Origin: Candidatus Eiseniibacteriota bacterium
Lineage (GTDB): Bacteria; Eisenbacteria; RBG-16-71-46
Length of the DNA: 64,000 nucleotides
Direction of reading: 5' to 3'
Assembly: GCA_963776245.1 (NCBI GenBank)
Contig: CAVZLN010000006.1
Coordinates: 704,001-768,000, forward strand
Shown here: positions 32,318 through 43,080 of the stretch, in pieces
How positions within the stretch are numbered: position 1 is the first letter of the stretch
Layout: each line of letters begins with the position of its first letter
Program-made: the position numbers and the translations under genes
The notes under the pieces: generated by a model
Told to the model about the DNA's origin: nothing
What the model saw: only the letters and a program-made list of their open reading frames with translations
Database searches by the model: none

Positions 32318-33358
32318 ATGGACCCCACGCTCCTTCCCGTCTCGCTCGGCCCCGTCCCCTCGCCGTCCCCCCCGGACGACCCCGGCGCGTTCCCTGACGA
32401 CGGCGCGCTGCTCGACGCCTATTCGCGCGCCGTGACGCGCGCGGTCGAGCGCGTCGGTCCGGCGGTGGTGCACATCGCCACCCGGCATCGGAACGGCAAG
32501 ATGACCGATCCAGCGGCCGCGCACCCGGCGGGCGCGGGCTCGGGCTTCGTGTTCACGCCGGACGGTCTGGTGCTCACCAATTCGCATGTCGTCCACGGTG
32601 CCTCGAGCCTCGAGGTGACGCTCCAGGACGGGCGCCGCGTGCCCGCCACGCTGGTGGGCGACGATCCCGACACCGACCTCGCGGTGGTGAGCATCAGCGC
32701 CGAGGACCTGGTGGTGGCCGAGCTCGGCGACTCCGCGCGGCTGAAGCCCGGCCAGCTGGTGATCGCGATCGGCAGCCCCCTCGGCTTCCAGGCCACCGTC
32801 ACCGCCGGCGTGGTGAGCGCGCTGGGCCGCTCGCTGCGCTCGCGCTCGGGCCGGCTCATGGACGACATCATCCAGACCGACGCCGCGCTCAATCCGGGCA
32901 ACTCCGGCGGCCCGCTGCTCGACTCGCGCGGCGCCGTGGTGGGTGTGAACACCGCGGTCATCCTGCCGGCGCAGGGGCTGTGCTTCGCCATCCCCGCCAG
33001 CACCGCGCGCCGCGTCGCCGGGCTGCTGATCCGCGAAGGTCGCGTGCGCCGCGGCTGGCTCGGCATCGGCGGGCAGAACGTGACGCTGCAGCGCCGCCGG
33101 GTGCGCGAGTTCGCGCTCCCGCACGAGACCGCGCTGCTGGTGCTGCACGTCGAGCAGGGCAGCCCCGCCGCGACCGCCGGCCTCGCCGAAGGGGACATCG
33201 TGATCGGGTTCGAGGGCGAGCCGGTCGCCGGAGTGGACGACCTGCACCGCCTGCTCACCGAGGGCCGCATCGGGCGGCCCGCCACGCTCACGCTGCTGCG
33301 CCGGGGCGAGCGGCGCACGCTCGCCATCGTGCCCGTCGAGTCGCGGCCGGCCGCGTGA
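32318..33358 (+). CDS. HtrA/DegP-like trypsin serine protease with one PDZ domain, no evident signal peptide
   Basis: [42 protein letters not shown]2-GD. Confidence 0.93.
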   Translation: MDPTLLPVSLGPVPSPSPPDDPGAFPDDGALLDAYSRAVTRAVERVGPAVVHIATRHRNGKMTDPAAAHPAGAGSGFVFTPDGLVLTNSHVVHGASSLEVTLQDGRRVPATLVGDDPDTDLAVVSISAEDLVVAELGDSARLKPGQLVIAIGSPLGFQATVTAGVVSALGRSLRSRSGRLMDDIIQTDAALNPGNSGGPLLDSRGAVVGVNTAVILPAQGLCFAIPASTARRVAGLLIREGRVRRGWLGIGGQNVTLQRRRVREFALPHETALLVLHVEQGSPAATAGLAEGDIVIGFEGEPVAGVDDLHRLLTEGRIGRPATLTLLRRGERRTLAIVPVESRPAA

Positions 33359-33443
33359 GCGCACCGGCGAACCCGATGAGCGGACGGTGTAGCGCACGCG
33401 GCACGGGCTGGACTAGACTGCGCGCCCTCACTGGAGGACCCCC

Positions 33444-35709
33444 GTGTCGCACACCCCCGGCAGCACGCTCGCGCACTACACCCTGGTCGAGAGGATCGGC
33501 GAGGGCGGCATGGGCGTGGTCTGGAAGGCGCGCGATCAGCACCTCGACCGCGATGTGGCGGTCAAGGTGCTCTCCCGCGGCGCCCTCGACGACGCGACCA
33601 CGCGCGAGCGGTTCCGGCGCGAGGCGCACGTCCTGTCCCGGCTGTCCCATCCGGGCGTAGCGACCATCTTCGACTTCGCCGCTCAGGATGGGGTGGACTT
33701 CCTGGTCATGGAGTACGTGCCAGGCGGCACGTTGCAGGTGAGGTTGCTGGACGGACCGCTCGAGTTGGACGAGTTGCTCCGGATCGGCGCCGAGATCGCC
33801 GACGCGCTCGAGGACGCGCACCGGCTGGGCTTCCTGCACCGCGACCTCAAGCCGGGCAACGTGGTCCTGACGGCCGCCGGCCGACCGAAGATCCTCGACT
33901 TCGGTCTCGCGCGACTGCTGCATGCCGCCCAGGCCGCGACCGCCGTCACCCGCCCGGGCTCGATCATGGGCTCCCTTCCCTACATGGCTCCCGAGCAGAT
34001 CCTGGGCGAGGCGGATGATGCCCGGACCGACGTCTATGCCCTGGGCGCCCTGCTCTTCGAGATGGCCACCGGGCGCAGGCCCTTCCACAAGGAGCGCCCC
34101 GAGGCGCTGATGTTCGAGATCCTCAACAGCGCGCCGCCCGCGGTCCGCTCGCTGCGGCCGGACGCTCCGGCGGAGCTGGACCGGCTGCTGGCCGAGTGCC
34201 AGAGCAAGCAGCCGGAGTCGCGACCGGCCTCGGCCGGAGCGGTCGGCGAGATGCTGCGGCGGCTCCGCGAGGCCGCGAAGTCCGGCGCGCCGTCGGAGCC
34301 GGCCCGGGAGGTGATCCGCTCGCTGGCGGTGCTGCCGCTCGAGAACGTGTCGCGGGACCCCGCGCAGGAGTACTTCGCCGACGGCATGACGGAGGCCCTG
34401 ATCTCGGACCTGGCGCGGATCAAGGCGCTGCGGGTGATCTCGCGGACCTCGGCCATGCGAGTACAAGGGAGCGCAGAAGGCGCTCCCGGAGATCGCGCGC
34501 GAGCTGAACGTGGACGCGGTGCTCGAAGGCTCGGCCCTGCTGGTCGGGAATCGCGTGCGGGTCACCGTCCGGCTGGTGTCCGCACGCACCGACGACACCC
34601 TGTGGGCCGATCGCTACGACCGCAGTCTCGAGGACGTGCTCGGCCTGCAGAGCGAGGTGGCCGAGACGGTCGCGAAGGAGATCACCATCCACGTCAGCGC
34701 GCGCGAGGCCACGCTGCTCTCGAAGCGCGCCGCGGTCAACGCCGAGGCCCATGTCGAGTATCTCAAGGGCCGGCACACGGTGGCCGCCGCCTCGCCGCAG
34801 GCGATCGAATTGAGCCTCCGGCACTTCCGCCGCGCGCTCGAACTGGATCCCTCGTTCGCTCCGGCGTGGGCCGGACTGGCCGAGTGCCACAACATCCGCG
34901 CGGGCCGTGGCATGGCGCCCCCGGCCGAGGCCAGCGCCGAGGCGATGGCCGCGGCGATGAAGGCGCTCGAACTCGACGACTCGCTGGCCGACGCGCACGC
35001 CGCGCTCGGGAACGTGAAGATCCACCAGCGCGATCTCGTCGGCGCCATGGGCTCGCTCCAGCGCGCGATCGAGCTGAACCCGGGTCTCGCCTCCGCGCAC
35101 TACTGGCTCGGCCGCGTGTTCTACTGCAGCGAGCGGCACGCGGAAGCGCAACGGGCGATGCTCAAGGCGCTCAGCCTCGATCCGTTGTCCATGTTGATCC
35201 ACACCACGGTGGGCGACGCGTACTACTATGCCCGAGAGTATGAGAAGTCGGTGCTCTATTACACGATGGCGATCGAGATCGACCCGCGGTTCGACGGGGC
35301 GCACACCGACCTCGCGCGCTCGCTCGAGACGCTCGGCCGCTTCGACGAGGCCCGCGCCCAGTACGAGGAAGGGCGCCGGCTGTCGGGCGGGGTCGCGGGC
35401 CCGTCTTTCGGGCTGGCGAACCTCGAGGTGAGCATGGGCCACGGGGCCGACGCGCGGCGCATCCTCGGCGAGCTGATCGCGGCGCGCGCGCAGCGCGTGG
35501 TGTCCGCGTGGGGGATCGCCGTGCTCCACGCGCGGCTGGGCGAGGTGGACGAGGCGTTCCACTGGCTGGACGTCGCGGTCGAGGAAGGCGCCACCGGGCT
35601 GGTGTTCCTGCGCGTGCACCCGCGCCTCGACGCGATCCGCGATGACGCCCGGTACGGTCCGCTGTTGCGGAAGACCGGGCTCGCCGGGGAGACGCCGCCG
35701 CAGGCATGA
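33444..35709 (+). CDS. Ser/Thr protein kinase with TolB-like and TPR domains (apparent frameshift near 34460)
   Basis: GEGGMG, VAVK, HRDLKPGN, DFG, YMAPE; SLAVLPLEN...YFADGMTEALI; TPRs. Confidence 0.9.
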
Positions 35710-35743
35710 GGGCCCGCGGCGGCACACCGACGCCCGTCCGCCG

Positions 35744-36856
35744 CTAGACCACCGCGACCTTCACGCAGTGGATCGGGGGCAGCGAGTCGAAGAGACAGCT
35801 CCACTCCTCCCCGCCCTCGTGTCCCATCCAGAGCTGGCCGGTGGTGGTCCCGAAGTAGAGCGCGGGGGTCTTGAGCCGGTCCACGTCCATCGCGTCGCGC
35901 TGGATGGTGAAGTAGCTCTGCTTCTTCGGCAGCCCCTTGGCGAGGCGCTTCCACGAATCGCCGCCGTCCTCGCTGCGCCAGACCGCGGGCGAGCCACCGG
36001 GGCACGTGCGCGTCATCGGCTCGAGGGGCATGACGTACACCACGTCGGGATCGTGCGGGTGTACCACGATCGGGAACCCGAAGTCGGAGGGCAGTCCCTT
36101 GGCGATCGAGCGCCAGGTGTGCCCGTGGTCGTCGCTGCGCAGCACGCCGATGTCCGGCCGCGGTCCCCCGGGGCCGTCCCATTCGGCCCAGCCGCCGTGG
36201 TTCTGCATGTAGAGCCGGCCCGGCGCGTCCTCGTGACCGGCGATCTTGTGCACGCACTGACCGAACTCGGGGTACGGATCGGGCTGGAATCCCGCGCCGA
36301 CGCCCTGGTTGGAGGCGGCGAAGGTCGTGCCACCGTCCTCGCTCAGGTAGTGACCGCCGGTCGAGATCCCAAGGTGCATGCGGCTCCCGTCCCGGTAGAT
36401 GGTGTGCAGGCAGAGCCCGCCGGCCCCGGGCTGCCACTTGCGGGCGTGATCGTGATTGCTGATGCCCGAGATCATCTCCCAGGTGTCGCCACCGTCACCG
36501 CTGCGGAACAACGAGGCCGGCTCGACGCCGCACCACAGGTCCTTCTTGCCGTCGCCGGTCGCGAGCGACCAGATGTTGGCGAGCGCCCGCCCGTCCTCCT
36601 TCGGGAACGCCGGCGCCGCCTTGGTCTCCTTGAACGACTTCCCGAGGTCGTTCGAGCGCAGCACCTTCATGCCGAAGAAGGGGTTGCAGCTCGAGGCGTA
36701 GAGCCGCGGCGTGCCGCGCGTGTCGATCAGCGCGGCGTATACCCCGACGCCTGACCCGAACGGGCCGCGCAGATCGAATCGCTTACGCGTCTTGGCCGAC
36801 TCGGCGACGAACAGACCCTTGCGAGTTCCGATGCACAGCACGACGCGTTCCGCCAT
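35744..36856 (-). CDS. BNR/Asp-box beta-propeller protein (sialidase-like fold)
   Basis: IGTRKGLF; repeated S-x-D-x-G-x-T/S-W/F boxes; CLHT, CVHK, QNHGG. Confidence 0.9.
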   Translation of the reverse strand: MAERVVLCIGTRKGLFVAESAKTRKRFDLRGPFGSGVGVYAALIDTRGTPRLYASSCNPFFGMKVLRSNDLGKSFKETKAAPAFPKEDGRALANIWSLATGDGKKDLWCGVEPASLFRSGDGGDTWEMISGISNHDHARKWQPGAGGLCLHTIYRDGSRMHLGISTGGHYLSEDGGTTFAASNQGVGAGFQPDPYPEFGQCVHKIAGHEDAPGRLYMQNHGGWAEWDGPGGPRPDIGVLRSDDHGHTWRSIAKGLPSDFGFPIVVHPHDPDVVYVMPLEPMTRTCPGGSPAVWRSEDGGDSWKRLAKGLPKKQSYFTIQRDAMDVDRLKTPALYFGTTTGQLWMGHEGGEEWSCLFDSLPPIHCVKVAVV

Positions 36857-36858
36857 GA

Positions 36859-37152
36859 TCAACCTCCTGAGACAGCCGGTAGGATGCTGACGACATCTCC
36901 GCGGACCAGCGCCGTGTCGAGCCCGGCGAGGTCGCGCACGTTCTCCGCGTTCACGAACAGGTTCACGTGGCGGCGCACGCGGCCCGTCTCGTCGCACACG
37001 TTGCAGTACAGGGACGCGTGGTCGCGCTCGAGCTGCTCGAGCAGTCCGCGCACGGTGGGAGCCGAGAGCGAGAGCTGCGACGCTCCGGAGCAGTAATCCC
37101 GCAGAGCGCCCGGGACGGCGACGGTGACGGTCGAGGTCGGGGTGGGGTCCAT
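36859..37152 (-). CDS. MoaD/ThiS ubiquitin-like protein
   Basis: VPGALR, HVNLFVN, C-terminal ILPAVSGG. Confidence 0.9.
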   Translation of the reverse strand: MDPTPTSTVTVAVPGALRDYCSGASQLSLSAPTVRGLLEQLERDHASLYCNVCDETGRVRRHVNLFVNAENVRDLAGLDTALVRGDVVSILPAVSGG

Positions 37153-37410
37153 GGCGAGGGAGCTCGCCTGCCACGCGGGCGCGGCCGCCGCGCGGGCGGG
37201 TCGGGTGGGTTGGGGGTTGAACGGCCGCGAACTGCGAGTGAGACTATCGTTCGGCCCGGGCCCGAGGCAACCGAAAATGTCCGCGCGGCGGCGAGCGGCG
37301 GTCATTTTGCCGCCCGCTGAGCTTCGGCGCCGTCACCCAGCGCGACGACCACCCCCGGGGATGGGAGTGGTCGTCTCGGCAACCCGGCCCCAGGGGCCGG
37401 CCATGTCAGA

Positions 37411-38133
37411 TCAGCGGTACAGGACCTTGACCGAGCCCCAGGTCCTCGGCGCCGTGGGAGTCGAGCAAGTGGCGGTGATCGAGATCGTCAGGCTCGTCAT
37501 GTTCCACCACGCGCCCAGCGTCCTCGTCGGAGCGCAGGTCGGGTCGAGCAGATCCGGATACCCCGGCGGCTTGACGTTTCCCAGATCCGTCGTGCCCACG
37601 CGCGAACCATTGCTGATCGAGAAGCTCATGCACTGCGCCGGATACGCGTCGAAATGCGCGGTGGTCTGGACGTTCGTGACCGCCGCGATCGGCACCCAAT
37701 TCATGTACTGGATCGTCTCGTACTCCACATAGCTGTCGAAGTGGCCCGGATAATCCGGATCGCCATTGGCCCACGGGCCCGTCCCATTCAGCCAGAACAC
37801 GCCCCCGGTGTACGTGCACGCGAAGGTCCGGTTGCCATTGCCGAGACCATTCACCGTGTCGAGGGTGAGGACGCCGTTCGACAGCTGGGTGCCGCACGTG
37901 TACCGCCACTCCGTGCCCAGCGCCGCGCCGTTCCAGGACCCGCAGTTCTGTGTGGTGCCGGCGAGGAGGGCACCTCCGCCCGGCAGCCAGCCTTCGGTGT
38001 AGCGTCCAGCGCTGATCGTGCCGCCGATGTCGGTGCTCTGGTAATTGCCGGGCGAGGGCGCGCCGGCGTGGGCGATCGCCGCCAGCAGGCCCATCGCGCA
38101 CAAGACAGCCATACTCGTAGCCATTCTGTTCAT
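37411..38133 (-). CDS. secreted Gly/Thr/Asn-rich protein with C-terminal TWGSVKVLYR tail
   Basis: Signal peptide ending AHA; AAGGAGG RBS; several Cys. Confidence 0.8.
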   Translation of the reverse strand: MNRMATSMAVLCAMGLLAAIAHAGAPSPGNYQSTDIGGTISAGRYTEGWLPGGGALLAGTTQNCGSWNGAALGTEWRYTCGTQLSNGVLTLDTVNGLGNGNRTFACTYTGGVFWLNGTGPWANGDPDYPGHFDSYVEYETIQYMNWVPIAAVTNVQTTAHFDAYPAQCMSFSISNGSRVGTTDLGNVKPPGYPDLLDPTCAPTRTLGAWWNMTSLTISITATCSTPTAPRTWGSVKVLYR

Positions 38134-38415
38134 GTTCTCGGCCTCCTTTGCAGGGGAACTGCTGAACCGACCCAAGATGTCGCGACCCAACCGGCCCACC
38201 GGGCCGGACGGGTCGAATGCCACACTGTCCCCACCAAACGACCCAAGGAGTCTAAGACCGGGTTCGTGAGTGGGCAAGCAACTGGATGATCAAGCGACCG
38301 AATCAAATGAGACTTCCCGCACGAAATCGAGTCATATCGCTGCTCCCCGGCGTCCCCGCCAACGACCAGGGCGGGGCCCGTGTGGACCCCGCCCCGCACT
38401 CGGCCGCGCTCCCCG

Positions 38416-38781
38416 CTACTTCTTCTTCGCGGCCTGCAATCCCTTCATGAATCCCACCACGTGGCTCTTCATCACCGAGTCCTGCACCGCCATCGAGAGC
38501 ACCTTGTCCACCATCTCGGGGTCGGCGGCGACCTTGCCGATCAGCGCCTGCGCCGCGTCCGTGTTGGCGAGCAGCTTCTCCATCACCATGGTCTTGCCCT
38601 CGCCCGCCAGCAGCTTGTCCAGCATCGGGCCCGCCATGGCCGGGTCCGCGCCGATCATGTCCATCACCTTGCCCTGCATCTCCGGAGTGGCCAGCGCCTG
38701 CTTCACCACGTCTCCGGCGCACCCGAACGCCATCGCCGTCGCGAACGCGAGCAACAACACCATCGGGATCATCCGCTTCAT
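38416..38781 (-). CDS. Met-rich helical lipoprotein
   Basis: Lipobox-like AFG-C after hydrophobic stretch; GGAGGG RBS. Confidence 0.7.
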   Translation of the reverse strand: MKRMIPMVLLLAFATAMAFGCAGDVVKQALATPEMQGKVMDMIGADPAMAGPMLDKLLAGEGKTMVMEKLLANTDAAQALIGKVAADPEMVDKVLSMAVQDSVMKSHVVGFMKGLQAAKKK

Positions 38782-38848
38782 CGGGGCTTCCCTCCCTGCG
38801 TGAGTGGACGTATGCGGCCGCGCGGCTCGCGGCCGTCGGACCAGATGC

Positions 38849-40252
38849 TCAGTCGGCGCCCGGCGGACGGCGCCGGTGCCAGTCGGTGCGCTGCTGCACA
38901 TGGTGCGCGAGACCCGCGAGTCGGCCCTCGCTGAGCGCCGGCCCCATGAACGCCATCGAGGTCGGCAGGCCGTTCTCGCCGAAGCCGTCGGGGATGGCGA
39001 TCGCCGGCAGTCCGCACAGGTTGCCGGCGGGGATCAGCGGCGGGCCGCCGCTGATGCCGCTGTACACCTCGCCGAAGCCCTTGTCGGCCGGGTACGCGAC
39101 GGTCGCGCGCGTGGGCGAGACGAACGCGTCGAAGCGCTCGAACAGTCCCGCGAGCGCGCGCTTCATCGGCCGGCGCAGGCGCATCGCCTGCAGGTAGTCC
39201 ACCGCCGGGATGAGGGTGGCGGCGTAGCCCCCGCGGCGGTCGGCGGGGCACTGCAGCTCCTTCACGCGCCCGCTTTCGATCAGGCCGATGAACGCCGCGG
39301 CGCCCTCCGCGCCGACGATGGCGTTGACCGACGGTCCCCACGGGAAGTCCGGCCACTCCACATCGCGGGTGATCTCGGCGACATCGCGCAGCGACTCGAG
39401 CGCGCGCTCGAAGTTCTCACGCACCGCGGGCTGCACCTTCTCCACGCAGCCCTTGGGCACCGCCAGGCGCGCGCGCTTCGGCGGCACCGGCTTGCTCCAC
39501 GCGAACGGCGCGTCGAGCGAGCTCTCGTCCTTCGGATCGCGGCCGGCGATCGCCGCCAGCACCAGCGCGCAGTCGTCGGCGCTGCGCGCCATCGGGCCGA
39601 GCTTGTCGAGCGTCCAGCACAGCGCCATCGCGCCGTGGCGGCTGACGCGGCCGTAGGTCGGGCGCAGCCCGCTCACGCCGCAGAACGCCGTCGGGGTGAG
39701 GATCGAGCCCGAGGTCTCGGAGCCGATCGCGAACGGCACCAGCCCGGCCGCGACCGCGGCGCCCGGGCCGCTCGAGGAGCCGCCGCTCCAGAACGCCGTG
39801 TTCCAGGGCGTGAGCCCGGGGCCCGTGAACGAGGCGTCCGCGTGGTCGTAGCCCATCCCGCCGGCGAGTTCCACCATCGCCAGCTTCGCGATCAGCACCG
39901 CTCCGGCGGCCCGCAGTCGCTCGACCGCGGTGGCGTCGAAGTCGAAGTGCTGGTCGCGATAGGGCGCCGCGCCCCACGTGGTGGGCGCCTCGCGGGTGGC
40001 GAGCAGGTCCTTCACGCCGTACGGCACGCCATGCAGCGGGCCGCGCCAGCGCCCGGCCTTGATCTCGGCCTCCGCCGCGCGCGCGTCGCGCAGTCCGGGC
40101 TCGCGCATCAGGGTCACCACCGCGTGGTAGCGCGGGCCGAGTCGCTCGAGTCGCTCGAGGCAGTGCTCCGCCAGCGCCACCGCGGACAGCGTGCGCGCGC
40201 GCAGCCGCACGCCCAGTTCGCGGACGCTCAGGAACGAGAGATCGTCGGGCAT
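38849..40252 (-). CDS. amidase signature family enzyme (GatA/AtzE-like)
   Basis: GPLHGVPYGVKD, GGSSSG, IGSETSGSI (Ser-cisSer-Lys triad). Confidence 0.93.
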   Translation of the reverse strand: MPDDLSFLSVRELGVRLRARTLSAVALAEHCLERLERLGPRYHAVVTLMREPGLRDARAAEAEIKAGRWRGPLHGVPYGVKDLLATREAPTTWGAAPYRDQHFDFDATAVERLRAAGAVLIAKLAMVELAGGMGYDHADASFTGPGLTPWNTAFWSGGSSSGPGAAVAAGLVPFAIGSETSGSILTPTAFCGVSGLRPTYGRVSRHGAMALCWTLDKLGPMARSADDCALVLAAIAGRDPKDESSLDAPFAWSKPVPPKRARLAVPKGCVEKVQPAVRENFERALESLRDVAEITRDVEWPDFPWGPSVNAIVGAEGAAAFIGLIESGRVKELQCPADRRGGYAATLIPAVDYLQAMRLRRPMKRALAGLFERFDAFVSPTRATVAYPADKGFGEVYSGISGGPPLIPAGNLCGLPAIAIPDGFGENGLPTSMAFMGPALSEGRLAGLAHHVQQRTDWHRRRPPGAD

Positions 40253-40259
40253 GGCGTCC

Positions 40260-40637
40260 TCACGCGTGGAAGGTGGCGTCGGGCTCGTCGGCGTTGGTCA
40301 GCGAGGCGCCGCGCAGCCGCTTGCCGTTCTGGAGCCGGAACTCGAGCTCCTCGGTGATCTCCTTCAGGTCGTCGCCGCCGAGGTGCTTGCCGTAGCGGCG
40401 CTCCACGATGGCGGCCAGCGCCCGGGCGTCCTCCGAGATCTCCGGGGCCGCCGCCGCGGCGGGCGCCGGGGTCGCCGCGGCGGCCGGCGCCGGCGCGGGG
40501 GCCATGGGTGCGGCCGGCGGCGCGGCGCTCTGGGCGAGCGCCCGCCCGATCCCGAGCGAGGAGGCGAGCCCCGCCATCCCGATCATGGCGAGGAAACGGC
40601 GTCGTCCCGAGACCTCGCGGTGGTGCGATGCGTCCAT
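40260..40637 (-). CDS. small Tat-signal protein with GatC/AtzG-like C-terminal region
   Basis: SGRRRFL twin-arginine signal, ALA-Q cleavage site, Pro/Ala linker, ends LTNADEPDATFHA; AGGAGG RBS. Confidence 0.7.
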   Translation of the reverse strand: MDASHHREVSGRRRFLAMIGMAGLASSLGIGRALAQSAAPPAAPMAPAPAPAAAATPAPAAAAAPEISEDARALAAIVERRYGKHLGGDDLKEITEELEFRLQNGKRLRGASLTNADEPDATFHA

Positions 40638-40721
40638 GCTTTCCTCCTGTCGCGGCGGTTCGATCCCGGCGCCCGCCGATCGCACGGGCGCATGTCGCGC
40701 TGCCTGTCTCGGCCCGTCGTA

Positions 40722-41667
40722 TCAGTCGCCCGCGGCCACCCCGGGCCACACCCGCACCGCGTCGCGGATCGCGGCCCGCACCTGGGTGCGCACCGTCGCC
40801 GGCAGCGGACGCTGGCCGTAATCGCGGCACGCCCCGAGGGCGGTGCGCAGCGTATCGCACACCTCACCGCAATGCGGACACGCGGAGACGTGCTTCGAGA
40901 GCGCGGCGCACACCGTGGGGTTCAGCTCGCCCTCGAGGTAGCGGCTCATGAGTCGCCCGGTGTCCGGGCACGAGCGCCCGCGCCCCAGGCTCGCGGCCTG
41001 CGCGCGCTCGCCGCCGTCGGCGGTGCGCCCGAGCAGCGGCGCCAGGGCCTCGCGCAGCGCGCCGCGCGCTCGGTGCAGGCGCGACTTCACGGCGCGCTCG
41101 CTGAGGCCGAGGACGCGGCCCACCTCGCCCGCCTTGAGCCCTTCGACGTCGCGCAGGATCAGCACCTCCCGCTGCGCCTTCGGCAATGAGGCGATCGCGC
41201 GCTCGAGCAGCTCGCTCATCTGGCGGCGCTCGAAGCGCCCGGCCGGATCGGCGTCGCCGTCGGTCAGCTCGAGCGCGCCCCGCGCGATCACCGGAGCCGG
41301 GCTGATCCAGCGACTCGAGCGTCTCCGGCGCCCCGGCGCGGCGGCGGCGGCGGCGCAGGCACGCGTGACGGGCCACGGTGTACGCCCAGGTCGTGAGCGC
41401 GGACTCGCCGCGGAAGGTGGAGAGGCTGCGCACCAGCGAGGTGAGCACGTCCTGCATGACGTCCTCGGCGTCGTGGTCGTCGCGGCAGAATCCGCGGCCG
41501 AAGCGCAGCGCGGGGTCGGCCACCAGCCGCAGGAGCCGGGTCATGGCGCGGGAGTCGCCGGCGCGCGCCGCGCGCACCAGCGCCCGCTCCTCGGCGCGGG
41601 TGAGCCCCTCCTCCCGGCGGCGGGGGGCGCCCTGGACCAGGCGTCTGACCCTGTCGATCCGCTCCAT
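40722..41667 (-). CDS. ECF sigma factor with C-terminal zf-HC2 (ZAS) domain, apparent frameshift near 41290
   Basis: DAEDVMQD, FRGESALTTW; region 4 LRDVEGL...VKSRLHRAR; tail YLEGEL...HVSACPHC. Confidence 0.85.
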
Positions 41668-41678
41668 CCTCGGACGTC

Positions 41679-41704
41679 GAATCCTTTCCGGCCGGACCGG
41701 ATTC
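41679..41704. promoter_or_regulatory. dyad in the divergent sigma/tolC intergenic region
   Basis: GAATCC-tt-TCCGGCCGGA-cc-GGATTC near-perfect palindrome. Confidence 0.4.
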
Positions 41705-41716
41705 CTACCCGGCGAG

Positions 41717-43080
41717 ATGACCTTCCGACCGCGTGAGACCCGCCTGTCTGCCGCTCGAGTGGCAGCCACTCTAGCACACGCCTCGGCGCTCGCCGTGGCG
41801 GTCCTCCTGGGCCTGCCGGCGACCGCGCCGGCCGCGGACTGGACCCTCCAACGCACGCTCGAGGCGGTGCGCGAACGGGACCCCGGGGTGCGGGCCGCGC
41901 GCGCCAGCGGGGACGCCGGCCGTGCCCAGGCCGCCCAGACCTGGGCCCTGCTCGCCCCGCACGTGACGCTCTCGAGCGGGTTCACCCGCAGCGACGACCC
42001 GGCGGTGCTGTTCTCGCAGAAGCTCTGGCAGGGACGCTTCACCCCCGCCGACTTCGCCATCGACCGGCTCAATCAACCCGCGCCACGGAGCGCGCTCCAG
42101 TGGGGGCTCACCGTGGATCAGCCGCTGTGGAACGGCGGTCGCGAGCTCACGGCGCCGGGTCTCGCCTCCCACTACCGCCGTGCGGCGTCCGGCATGGAGC
42201 GGGCGGCGGTCGCGGACCGGCTGTTGGATGCGGTCGCGGCCTACGTGGACGCGGTGGGGGCGCGCGAGGAGGTGCGCGCGGCCGAGCTCGGGCTCGGGGC
42301 CGCGGACGCGATGCGCGCCGCGGCGATCGAGCGCTTCCGCATGGGCCAGGTCGCCGAGCTCGACACCTTGCGCGCCGCGGCGCGCCATCAGGGGGCCCGC
42401 GTGCGGGCGCTCGGCGCGCGGCGCGGCCTCGCGGTGGCGCTCGACCGGCTCGCACGGCTGGTGCAGGCGCCGGTCGTGGCGGAGGATCTGATCGCGCCCG
42501 AGGTCGAGCCCGGGGGCGCACCCGCGGCACCGACCGCGCCGCGCCGGTGCGTGGCGAGCTGACCGCGGCACGCGAGAGCGCCACCGCGCAGGCCACCGAG
42601 TCGCGCACCGCCGCGCTGCGGCTGCTGCCCTCGCTCAACTCGCGCCTCGCGGTCACCGGGTACCGGCCGGCCGACACCGGGACCTTCGAACGCCGCTGGA
42701 TGGTGGCGCTCTCGGCCGACCTGCCGCTCTTCGACGGCGCCCAGCGCGTCAACGAGTGGCGTGCCGCCAGCGCCCGCGCGACCGCGGCGCGGGAGAGCGC
42801 GCGTGCCCTCGAGCGCGACCTCGCCGTCGGCCTCGATGCCGCGCGCGCCGAGGACGCCATCGCTCCCGAGCGCCGCGACGCGGCGCTCGCCGGCCGCGAC
42901 GCCGCCGAGGAGGCGCTGCGGCTCGCCGGGCTGCGCTACCGCGCCGGACTGCTTCCGCTCACCGAACTGCTGGCCGCCGACGCCGAGGCCGCCACCGCGC
43001 GCGCCGCGGCGATCGAGGCCTCGACCGCGGTGGTGCTCGCTCACTACCGACTGCTCCATGCCCAGGGAGACCTGCGATGA
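41717..43080 (+). CDS. TolC family outer membrane efflux protein (apparent frameshift near 42540)
   Basis: Signal peptide; QPLWNGG and LPLFDG repeats; RYRAGL-x4-ELL. Confidence 0.85.

Noticed and set aside
35744..37174. 476-aa ORF suggesting an N-terminally extended propeller or a MoaD fusion
   Set aside because: The extension is an alternate frame of the MoaD gene; MoaD ends GG-stop at 36859 and the propeller has its own AGGAGG RBS and ATG at 36856.
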